The notes below the pieces were generated by a model, which did no database searches, was not told where the DNA came from, and was given only the letters and a program-made list of their open reading frames with translations. A DNA stretch of 64,000 nucleotides. Source: Rhynchobatus australiae (taxonomy: Eukaryota). Shown here in pieces: positions 12,501-24,500 of this stretch. The number at the start of each line of letters is the position of its first letter. The first letter of the stretch is position 1. The stretch spans positions 15,486,103 to 15,550,102 of the forward strand of contig JAUZTB010000070.1 in the NCBI GenBank assembly GCA_034780895.1, given 5' to 3'. The position numbers and the translations under genes were made by a program.

Positions 12501-15500
12501 AAAATGCTGGAGGAACTAAGCAGGTCAGGCAGCATCTATGGAGGGAAATGAACAGTCAACATTTCGGGCCAAGACCCTTCATCAGTCCTGACCTGCTGAG
12601 TTCCTCCAGCATTTTGTATGTGGTGCTCCCATTTGCCCATATTAGGTCCGTATCCTTCTATGCCTTGCCTATTTAAATGCCTGTCTAAATGCCCCCTCAA
12701 ACAGAATGATTGTATCTGATTCTAATTACGGTACACCACTAGTCACAGAATTCCAATTAGAACAAGTATCCTTCCACCACTTCCCTCGACCTGCCTCCTA
12801 TCACCGTTAATTTTGGATTGAATTAGCCAGTGTGCCTTGGATTTCATGCACCTTAAACTTCTAGACCAGGCTTCCATGTGGGACCTTGTCAAACGCCTCT
12901 CAAAAGTCAATTTAGACAATGTCTACTGCCCTNNNNNNNNNNNNNNNATCAATCTGCTTAGTTACCTTCTCAGAATTAAATTAGTGATACTGGAGTTCCC
13001 TACACAAAGCCAGCTGACTACCCCTAATCAGCCCCCACCTTTCCAATGTACATAAATCCTATCCCTTAGAATTTTCTCCAATAATTTCCCAACCACTGAC
13101 ACAAGGCTCTCTGGTCTGCAACTACCTGGCTTATTCCTAACTGCCCTTCTGAAAAAAAAGGAACATTAGCTAACCTCCAGTCTTCTGGCACCTCATTGTG
13201 GCAAAGGAAGTTGGAAAGTCCTCCAACAAAATTCCAGCTATCTCCTCCCTTACTTCCCATGGAAAGCTGGGATAGATCTGGCCATGGGAATTTATCAACC
13301 CTTGTACCACAGTAAGCTTGGTGGGGTGCAATTATAATGAGTTTGATGGGGCAAAATCTGAAAAAGTAACTGGGGTAGGTTTGGTCCAGGAAGCCCACTC
13401 CTATCCTGGGGCTCACTGTATTGCCAAGGCACAGTTCCAGCCAGGGAGAGGCTCCCTGCACCCCAAGGCTCACCCCCAGCCCAGGCAATGCCCCTTGGGA
13501 CTCACTCCCACTCTGGATGGGGTGCGAGTCCCAACTTTCCTGAGCAATACCATGCCATCACATGATAAAAGAGTCATTGCTGGGAGGAAAGCAAGTTTCA
13601 GGTCTCAGGGGATGATGAGATCGTTAAAAGCCAAGTGCAGCTGTTCCCAAGGTTCACCTGTAATCCAGAGACATTTCATCATGCATGTCACACTGGCAAA
13701 AACTTGCTTTTTTTTGTTTTTTTTTTGCCCGGGCTGAATCTCTGAATGAAATCCTGTCTGGGCCGTGAGCCAAGATTTACAAATTGTTAGCTTTTCTCTC
13801 CAGCTCCTTCACACTGATCTAACCATGAAATGTCTTGGCAAACATCAGGTTTCCCTGGACATCACTACAGTTTCAATGGTGCCCATGCATGCAGGGATGG
13901 GGCTTTGACAATGAGCCACAACACTGTTTGGTGATTGTATCCTGGGATCTGCTCCAGTCAATTTGCTCTTTTATTCATGCCCTCAGGAAGAGGCGGAGTT
14001 TTGGCACAGAGCCAATGACATCATCCAAACAGGAGACATTTCAGCATTGCACCAATCACAGACCAGCCAATTATCCAAGCCGGAATTATACCCTCGAGAT
14101 ACTGACAGTGGAATACAGGCTCAGTTTCCTGGCATTCTGGAAACATTCCTGATTGAAAGGTTATGGGAATTAACAGATCAAGCTGACCGTTATAGAAGGG
14201 TTTAAGAAAAAATAAATTACCTTTCTTACTAAAGATACAAGATGATAATTAAAGTAGGATACATGAATCAGGAGTCCCTCTCCCATCTCTAGATCCAGCC
14301 CCTTTACAAATCCTTCTCCACTCATTCACTTACAGTTCTTTGCCCACTTGCATCTCTTCTCCATCCACCCTCCAAACCACAGTTTCTTCCTGTGTCTGCT
14401 CCTAATCCACACACCCAGCCCTCCCAATCCTCACCCAGCAACATATTAATACAAGTTGTGTTAACCTTGAATCTAGAACAAAGGTAAATATCCCAAGTAT
14501 TATCAAACAAAAACTGGCACAGGTTATATAATAAGATATCAGCTAGGTTACCAAAAGCTTCATCAAAGAGGTAGGTTTAGGTGCATCTTAAATGAAGAAA
14601 GACAAGTGAGAGGTTTAGGGAGGGAGTTCGAGAACTTGTATTCCATTTTCCATTTTGTTTATTTGGCTTCCCCTTAAATACATCTCTGCTGTTCACTCTC
14701 GACCACTTCTGTTAGAAGCACATTCCACATGAACACCTCTCTGAGGAAAGTTTTCCCTGAATTCCCAAATTAATTAATACATAAGTGTATGTCTTAAATT
14801 GACCACCCTTGTTCTTGTTGCTCCACAATCTTCTCATGTCCACCCGAATGAAGCTTTTTATAACTTGAAAGGCTTTGACTGGGTCATATCACAGTCCCAT
14901 CTAGAGAAAAGAGCCACAACCTTCCCTGTTTATTCTAACCTCAGCTCAGGGACCAACCGTGTGAATCATTAACCCTCTTTCCCTGCTGCTGCTACATGTC
15001 CCCGAAATATGGAGACCAGAACTGTTCATGGTGCTCAAGTCCCAACAAATGTTGGTGAGAATTTGACAGTTTCTCTACTTATGAATCCTATTCCTGTGGG
15101 AAAGTACAGCTTGATCTGGTAGTGATCTGAACCTTAGATCCTCATTCCTATGACTGATAACACATTGGACTCTGTCCCTCAGCATCCTCTCACCACCCGA
15201 CCAACACCCAAGGAAGTCTGAGTCAATTGAACAAGAGAAGAGCAATAAAGCATCAAGTCCTAATAGCAAACCAGTTGGAAATTTGAAAGTTGGGGAAAAA
15301 ACACCAACAAACAAGCCCCATTTCCTGCTCCTTAAAACCTGTTCTACTGAAGAAATCCTCACTGACTTACACAATGCTAACCATCACCATTTTTATAAGT
15401 GGATATCGGGCTGACCATGGCAAAGATTAAGGCATTGTCTGCCTCTTCATCGCTGGGAAGATTCTTGTTAGGACCTTACTGAATCATGCACTTCCCCCTT

Positions 15501-18500
15501 GCAGAGGATGTTCTCCCAAAGTTCCAGTGTGGCTTCAGATCATCACAAGGCACCCTGGTATGGTCCTTGCAGTCAGACAGATCCAGGAATAGGATCAAGA
15601 ACAACACCTGAAGCTATGTATGGCCTTCATCGGATCAAGTTTTCTTTTGTGAAGCTTTGGCCATTCAAAGGAGGTTCCGAACTACTTCTCTGATGTTAAC
15701 AGCCCAGGGCTATCAGTGAACATTAGCAAACCAGAAGTTCTCCACCAGCCTGTCTCTGGTCAATCATTAGACACAGCAAAGATCCTCAGTGACAGTGAGG
15801 AACTGAAAAATGTCCAGCACTTTACCTACCTTGTAAACCATCTCTCCCAGAGGGCAAATTTTCATTCCTGGGATCAGAGCTCTGAAACTTTTCCCAGTCA
15901 GTGTCCCCTTCCTCATTGATTTAAACAATAGGCAATGGGGAATGAAAACTGTAGGATGGGAAATCATTGGAAGCTCAGAAAGATGAGACTGGGCCAACCC
16001 AAAACCTGATGAATACAGGGAGGACAGAGCAGGAAGCCTGACCTGGTGACCTGTAACCCTGGCACTGGTTAACCTTTCCCAATCCACCATTCCCAATGAG
16101 GAAAATTAGAATTCTCCCCCAATATTCTCGTGGTCCTTGTATTCATAGAGACTGAATAAATTCACGCACCACATACTCCCAGAAGAATCCCTCTCACCGA
16201 ATGCGCTGTATGATCCATCCTCCCGTTTGTACGTCAGCTGACGTTGATATCCTATGGGAGAGAAAATGCAGAGGAGAATCTGTCCAGAATTCCATTTTCA
16301 TTTTCCATCAGTTATCACCTTAGTGGAAAAAAATTCAACCAAACAGCAGCAAGGAAGAGGTCTACCAGAATAACGCGTTGAGATTTTGGAAATGGTGGGC
16401 TGTTTGTGTTGGAACAGAGGAGGTCAACCTTACATTGCAAAGGATGAGACAGTGGATTCAATTCTGCCCTTGCTTTCACCATTGGTGAGTTCAATGTTCA
16501 GTCCAAACCCACAATGACTCTTAACTGGCCTCTAAAGTGGCTCAGCCTTAATTGCTGCAACGTATTATAGGAGCTCTCCAACACAGCTAAGGATGGACAC
16601 TCAATTCCATTAGCCACAAAACAATGAATAACAATAATGTCACCCATAAACTTCTTTTACTGATCTCAGAAGCAGCAGTATTTGCTCGTGTCCCAAGTTC
16701 CCATGCTGACTTCATCATGTACATAGCCATACAACCTACTGGGGCATAGAACAGAGAAGATAGGTCACCCCCTGACAGGGCAGTATTGGCTGACTGGACT
16801 TTCCAGTGGTCATGGGTGGAGGAGCTAGGGCCCTTTTCCAAGTCCTGGGCTTACTTTAGAGGTCACAAGGTAGTTGCTAGTGTTCGTCTATGGGGAGGCC
16901 AGTGAGGGGAGACAAGATTCTCAGATTCTCTTTGGGGTGACAAGGGTTCTGGTCCCTCTTGGACTTTAGTTAGTGTGTGCGTGTGTTGGGGGGCGGGGGC
17001 TTTGACCCCACTGTAGCAGATATGGGGTGAAATGGGCCCTTATCAGAGTCCAGGTAATTAAACACTTTGCCTGAATGGGCCATCCCAAGATGCGGAAGCA
17101 GGGACTCACCTTGCAGCAGATAGTCGGTGGCCTCACTCTCCACCTCGGTGAACAGCTGCTTGGTCTTCTGTAGGTATCTTAACACAAAGACATTCGGGGC
17201 AAAATGGATCATGTTCTGTTCTCCACAGCCGAATGGGAGACGCAAGAGGTTGTCCAGATTATTGAGGGTGGGGCCCATCACATCTCCTGATAAAAAATGT
17301 AATAATGAGGGATAGCAGATGCAGAAAGGTTATGAGGAGGAGACACACACAGATACATGCAAACCCTACCCAGCGAGAGGCAGCACCCAAGGAGAGGTGG
17401 GTCCTTGTGCCCCAGTGAGTGTCTGCACCCTGTGGAGAGCAAAGAACCCAGACCCCAGTGGGAGTCAACATCTTAGGGAGAGGGAGAATTTGTATCACAG
17501 TGAGAGCTAGTGGCTTTAAGCGAGGATTGAGCAACACAAGACACTCANNNNNNNNNNNNNNNNNNNNNNNNNNNNNNNNNNNNNNNNNNNNNNNNNNNNN
17601 NNNNNNNNNNNNNNNNNNNNNNNNNNNNNNNNNNNNNNNNNNNNNNNNNNNNNNNNNNNNNNNNNNNNNNNNNNNNNNNNNNNNNNNNNNNNNNNNNNNN
17701 NNNNNNNNNNNNNNNNNNNNNNNNNNNNNGAGGTCACCCGTAGCAATCACAAACCTTTTTCCAATGTACCTTACCCAGCCCAACCCCTCCATCCATCCAC
17801 CAGTACTTAACTGGTAAAGGTTAGTGCACTGCATGGGACTGACTGTGCTTTTACCTATCATGGAGGCCATGGCTCTCTCTGATCCAGGAACCACATTGTG
17901 AGGGACACCAAGAGTGAAGGCCTCATTGTGGTTCTCCTCCGATTCCTCTTTTCTCCAGATCTTGAACTCGCCCACTGACCCCCAGCCTGTCGAGAAGCCG
18001 ATGTATTTGATGTCTGGAACTTTGGCCACTGCCCACTCAACAATCAGCGACTCATTGGATGGTACCGCACCATGTCCCACCTAGAATCGACAGAGACAGT
18101 GTACACCTTTACTGAGACCTGTGCCAGATTGCAGCACGGCTATTAAACACAACGTGGAGGATGATGACCCAATGAGATGGGTGAAATTCCAGCTGCTGAC
18201 TAACTCCAATGTAAATACAAAGCAGAAAATACTCCAAAATTAGAAATAGAAGGAACTTCAGTCCCATGGGAGCTCCCTCTCAGGTGAAAGGTGAAGGAGC
18301 GTGCAAGGTCAGCAAGCCAACGGCACCCTGTTTTCTGTGCATACCATGGGTACTGACCCTCACCTGGACTATTCCATCCTTCCAGCGAATCCAGAAGTTT
18401 CGGAACTCGTCCCAGGACAGGATGTGAGGTGTGTTGGCACTGATCACCGGCTCACCCATCTTGCTCACTGTGATCCACGTCCTCATGTTCTGCTGCCCTC

Positions 18501-21500
18501 CAATCACAATCTCTACCATTTCCGCCGTGTCGCGAGGACCCGTTGATAAGGCAAAGTGGGCATCATTGTGTGCTTTTACAGCCACGTCAAAGTGCGTCAT
18601 CCAGGCTGGTTTCTGAATGTACTGGTATTCATACTTGTTGGGGGTGGAGATGTGAATCTTTTCTGAGAAGACAAAGAGAATAATTTGGCCACAGTAGAGG
18701 AAGAATGTCAAGGCCTTGGCGAGGAGTGGGTAGGGAGAAGGTTCACTGGTAGGACGCTGATGTTGAAGTTTAGAGGACAGGGGAGCTTCAATGAATTCTA
18801 TTCATGTAGATTGTCAGAGGGCATTGGACAAGGACCCTCATCAGAAACCATTAGCTGTTGCTGAAGCTCATGGAATTGAAGGTAAATTGGTTGGATCAGA
18901 AACTGGCCGAGCAGCTGGATGAAATCATCTTTGGTCTCCAAATATTCAATACAAAATATTCAATATAATATAAAATAAATGATTTAGAAATGGAATAGAA
19001 AGCCACATATCCAAGACTGCTGATGATACAAAGGGAGGTGGCATTGTAAACAATGCGAATGAAACATAAATGGATATCAATAGACTGAGCAAATGGACAA
19101 AACTGTGGAAAATGAATTTCATGAGGCAAATGAGAAATAATTCCTTTTGGATCTAAAAAGGTCAGAAGGCTGTACTTTGCAAGTCGTGAAAATCTGGAAA
19201 CTGTAGAGGCTCAAAGAGGTCATTAACATTTTATGAGCAGTTACAGAACATAATCAAGACTGATAGAGTGCTTGCCATTATCTCCAGAGCACTGGTATAC
19301 AAGGGCTAAGGTTAGGGTTATACCATACCTGCTGTGGACTAGACATTACACCAACAGCAGTGAGTGCACTTGGAGCACTCACTGCTGAGGTGGTGCAAGG
19401 TGCTATAGAATTACATGACCCTTTGATCTCTGGAACTCAATGTAACTCTTCATTCAGCAACTTGGCAGAGTTGGGAAATAAATTAGCACAAGTAACAATT
19501 CAGAAGCGAGAGAATTTGGTCAACAAGTATAATGAAGTGGGTAGGATTTGGAGGAGTGATTGCGAGCACCTATAAGCAGTGTACAGTCCACCATCCACAA
19601 CCACAGATATGATGAGGACACTGTGTATTCTATCATGTCAACCAATCTAATTACACATACCGTTAGGGCAGAAGAAGATGCTGTACGTGTAGTCCCTGGG
19701 CAATCCTTCAGGCTGTGGAACACCAAGAGAGAGAGGATAAGAGAATGATCAGGGCACAGGTCTGCAGCACCAATGACCCCTCCACATTACTGTCAACCTT
19801 TGCTGAGTTCACAGACACTTCCATAGCAAATGTGAATACCTCAGGATTTCTTTACTTGCAATAACTTCAACTTCTGCAAAGAGACCAACCATCTTGTATA
19901 CGGTTTGCTAAACTGATGAGACATCATTGACCTGAGATACTAACTGTTATTTCTCTCTCCACAGATGCTGCCTGACCTGCATAGAATTTTCTGATTATAT
20001 TTCAGTCTCCAAGCCTCTAACGTTTTGCTTTTGTTCTACACTGCTTTGGGCAGTTTAAGTCCCCTAGCAGAGCACACCATGCCAGGGATCCCTCACCTCC
20101 ACCAGGACACGTCTCTTCACGTAGTCCATGCCAGCCGGGCTCCTCCTGTCCAGGTAACTTTCATCCAGGTGCCTGCCATTCTTCAGTGCCTGGAGCCCAC
20201 CCTGGCAGCAGCTGCTCCCACTGTAAGCAAACCCTTTGGCTGTGAGAATAAAGCAAGAGGGCTGTCAACACATTCTGATATTATGATACATGGCCGACAG
20301 CACACATAAGGTGCAATCACAGAACTGGGACAGGATGCTTAGCAATACCGCAGGAGAAAACCCTGGGACCCCTGGGAATTCAGAATTAACCCTTACCTGT
20401 GATGTTTGCAGGGCCCAGTTCACTGAATAAGAGTACGATGGAAGTGGGTTTGGCTTCATCCGAGTTGATGCACATCTTGCGAGTCAGGTGTCTCTTCCCT
20501 GGGTGTCCAATAAATTTGATTCCTTTTGGAACTGTAACTTTAACATGAGCCTGCAACAGGTGATGAAACGGACCTCAGTCTGGGGCACAAACTCTGCAGT
20601 CACAAATGTCCATAGAAGCATCCAGTTCACTGCCATCTCCGCTCACGACAGAAGGAGGCTGTTGAACCTGATCTCACATTCCGGTTTATCCAAATTTACT
20701 CCCAAACTCTCAATACCCTAACCCAACGAAAATCCATCAATAAAAATCAAAAAATCTGCAGATACTAAAAACTGGCTCCAGCTTTAAGATTCGACCTCCT
20801 TATTCTGGACACCACCAGCAGAGGGAAGAGTTTCTCTCTATCTACCCCATCAACTTTAATTCAATTTCTTGCCTACATCACTCTTCAGTCTTCTAAATTA
20901 ATGGATGCAAATCAAATCCATGCAATCATCCTCATATCATAACTCTTCAAGCTCTGGTATTAGTCTGGAGAATCTACATTGCATTCCCTCTAAAGAAGTG
21001 TCTTTCTTGTGGCATGGTGCCCTGGAATTCAACACAAATACTGCAGGTGAAATCTGACTACAGCTTTATGGAACTGAAGCTCGGCTTCCTTTGTGTTCCA
21101 GCCCCTGGAATCCAGGGCATTACAGAAAGTACAGACCAGGACCTAGTTCCAGGATCCTGCTGGTATTTTTACTCCTTCAGAGAAATGAACATCATAGCAA
21201 GACCAGATTTATCTTCCATTCCCAATTGCCCTCAGAAACAGTGCAGTGGTGAACAGCCTTCTTCAGCCACTAGGCTGTATAGTGAACATACACCTGCAGT
21301 ACTTTTAGAGAGGAATTCAGGATATAACCCAGTGATGAAGGAATAGCAATAAATTTACAAGTCTGGATAGTGTGTGTTTTGGAGGATGCCTTAGGGATGT
21401 TTCTTCATGTATGTAATGCTCCTGTCTTTTTAGGTGGTAGAGGTCACAGTTTTAAGTGTTATCAGAGTAGCCTAGGTGAGTAACTGCAATGTATTGTGTA

Positions 21501-24500
21501 GATGGTACACACTGCAGCTACAGTATGCTGGCGGTGGAGGGAATGAATGTTTAGAGTAGTGGACGAACTTCCAACCAATTGGGCTGTTTATCCCCCTCAG
21601 TGCACTTGGACGTGCACTAATCAAACCAACTGGAGGGTATCCTATCACATCCCTGACCTGTGTCTTGTGGAAGGCTTTTGGTGTTAAGAGGCGAGTTACT
21701 TACTACAGGATATGCTGTCTCCGTAGCCACACTACTTATCTGGCTGGTCCAGCTGAATTTCTGGTCAATGGTAAGCCCTGGGATATTGGTGGTGGGGAAT
21801 TTGGTGTTGGCAATATCATTGCATGTCAAGGCTAAGTTGGTGACCCCTCTCTTGTTGGTCAAATGTGGCATGAATGTTATTTTCCACACATCAGTTTGTG
21901 TTGAATGAAAGCTAGGTCTTCATGTATGGAGGCAGGGGCTGCTTCATTCTCTGAAAAATTGCAACTGGATATAATCATCAGCACACATCGCCACTTCTGA
22001 ACTTATGACGAAAGGAATATTGTTGAAGATGGACAAACCTAGCAAAGGAATTCCTGTAGTAATGTCCTGGGGTAGAATGGTTGACCTCCAACAACCTCAA
22101 CCCATCTTTTAAGGTGCCACTGGGGTGTTTTTTCCTTTGATGCCCATTAGTTTCAGTTTTACAAGGGCTCCTAGGTGCCACATTAGGTCAAATCCTACTT
22201 CGATATCAAGCACAGTCACTTTTATCTTTGGAATTCAGCACTTTGCTCCATGTCTGTCAGGAGGTCTGGAGCTGAGTGGCACAAGCAAAACCCAACATGG
22301 GCATTGTTATTGGTGAGTAAGCTGCACTTGATAGCTCGGTCAATGACACCTTCTATCACTTTGCTGATGACTGAGAGTAGACCGACTGGGCGGGAATTAA
22401 CCAGGGCTGGATTTGTTCTGCTATTTCTGGACAGGATTTACCTGGACAATTTTCCACATTGTTGGGTAGATGGCAGTTTTGCAACTATACTGGGGTGCAA
22501 CACTATTAACCCCGACCCATGGGTTTACTCTGATAATGCCCTCGCCCCCACCTTCCCCACTCACTCCTTCCTGATATGGCAGTCACACACGTACCTCAGC
22601 ACAACTCGGGAGGTAGTTGTGGACCATGAGAGGGATCTTGGTTTGCTCCCCACGGATCACAAAGCTGGGCAGGGTGAAATCCACAAAGAAGGCTTTGAAT
22701 GTGCGGAGCTCAGTGGGTTGCGCAAGTCCAAGGCCACTCTCCTGGGACAGGCTGACTGCCTCGGTTACCCACGTGGTGATCGAGTCTGGAATCTCCACGT
22801 GTAATCGAGCCTCGCCTGTGGAATCACTGTCAGCAAGAGGTAAAGGCAAGATACGTGCAGTTAGTCACCAAGTTTGTCAGAAAGGGATTCCCTAATGGAA
22901 TCTATGCACCTTCTCTCAATTCCACCATAGAATGACCCAATGAGAGTACTGAGAGGCAATTCCCGAAAAACGTTCTTACTGAATGACAGAGCTGGATATT
23001 TGTTATGGGATTGACACAGGAGTTCATATTGACCAGCTTTCATACAGTTTAACAGCGCAATACATTGGGAACTGTGGGTATTGGATAATGTGTTACAAAG
23101 CCAGTTGTGCATTGGATGGTGTATTATACAGGAAGCTGGGTGAATTGGCCAGTGCATTACACAAGGAGCCGTATGTACTGAGCATGCTGCTATAGGGAGC
23201 TGTGTGTATTTGGAAGATGTGTTGTATAGGGAGATGTGTACATTAGACAGTGGATCACGATGGCATATTGGTGTTTTCAACAGTGTGTTACATAGAAATG
23301 TGTGTGTATTTAATGGTGTGGTACATGATGATTTCTGTTTTGGATAATGTGCTACACAGAGAACTGTGTATATTGGCCAGTCTGTTACAGCAAACTGTGT
23401 GTACTGGATGGCATGAGACACACCAAGGTGTGTATATTGAACGGTGTATTACACAAGGAGCTGTGCTTATTGGATGGTGTGTTACACAGCAATCTGTATA
23501 TATTGGACAGTGTTACACAAGGAGTTGTGTGTACTGGATGATGTGTTACACAATACACGATGTATGCATTGGATAGTCTGTTACAGAAAGTTGTGCATTG
23601 GGCAATGTGTTACAAAGGGAGCTGTGTGTATTGGCTGGTGTGTTACACAAGGTGTTGTGTGTACTGTATTGTGTGTGGCATAGGGAGCTGTGTATACTGT
23701 ATGGTGTGTATTGAACAGAGTGTCACTCAGGGAGGTGTGTTTATTAGACAGTGTGTTATCCAGGCCATAGTGTATTGGACAAGGGAGTTCTCTGTACTGA
23801 ATGACGTAATCTATTTTGACTGGTTGTAATTTGACAGGGCATCAAACTAAAGCTTTGGTGTGCTGATTGTCAAGGTACACAGGTGTGAGAAACTGACTCC
23901 TCATTGAGACCACTGCTTTCAATCCTTCCCTCCCCCTATTCAAAACTGTGAAATGCCGTTCCACTCTGATGCAAGCTGTGCTCTCCACTGTTTGGGAGCT
24001 TTGGAAGTAAATAAACTCAAAATTCCTTTCATCCTTTGGCTCAAAAGCTGGTAATGTTTTAAATTCTCACATGGGAACACTTAGCCGAGGAATGCAGTAA
24101 TGGCAAAGCATTGGGAGATATTCTGGCAATGTGTTAAGTGCTTTGAAACAATTTACACAGTTTTTGGAAGATACAAGCTCCACCACATCCTTCTTTTTTT
24201 TGCTGCATGCACTGGCAGCCACAGTGATAACATCCTCCTTATTGTTAAGCTGTACTCCGCGCAGCTCCCAATAGTGCCTGCTCATACACTTATTCAGATT
24301 TAAGGGAAAATAAATTGAACTGTGATGTTCAGTGACACAGAATTTCTGATCTTCCCAATCCCTATCCCTCATACCCACATTTGGTTCAGTCCAGCCAGCA
24401 GACTGTAGGACCCTTGGGGGGGGGGGGGGGGGGGGTGGTGTTTAAACTTGACATTCAGCTAAGCCTTGGCAATAACCTCCAATATCCTGTGGAGAAGCTG

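Noticed and set aside
13605-13655. Second CxC segment (KAKCSCSQG) resembling the end of candidate exon A at nucleotide level
   Set aside because: Short similarity, weak splice sites and incompatible phase.
13835-14152. Alternative frame ending AFWKHS, reminiscent of somatostatin/urotensin FWK
   Set aside because: No flanking cysteines or dibasic site; likely chance.
22861-23829. Many overlapping Cys/Tyr-rich ORFs, and the regular repeat as a possible CRISPR-like array
   Set aside because: Products of a degenerate minisatellite; no unique spacers or cas genes, and the context is eukaryotic.
24416-24435. Poly-G run as a G-quadruplex
   Set aside because: Simple homopolymer with no supporting context.
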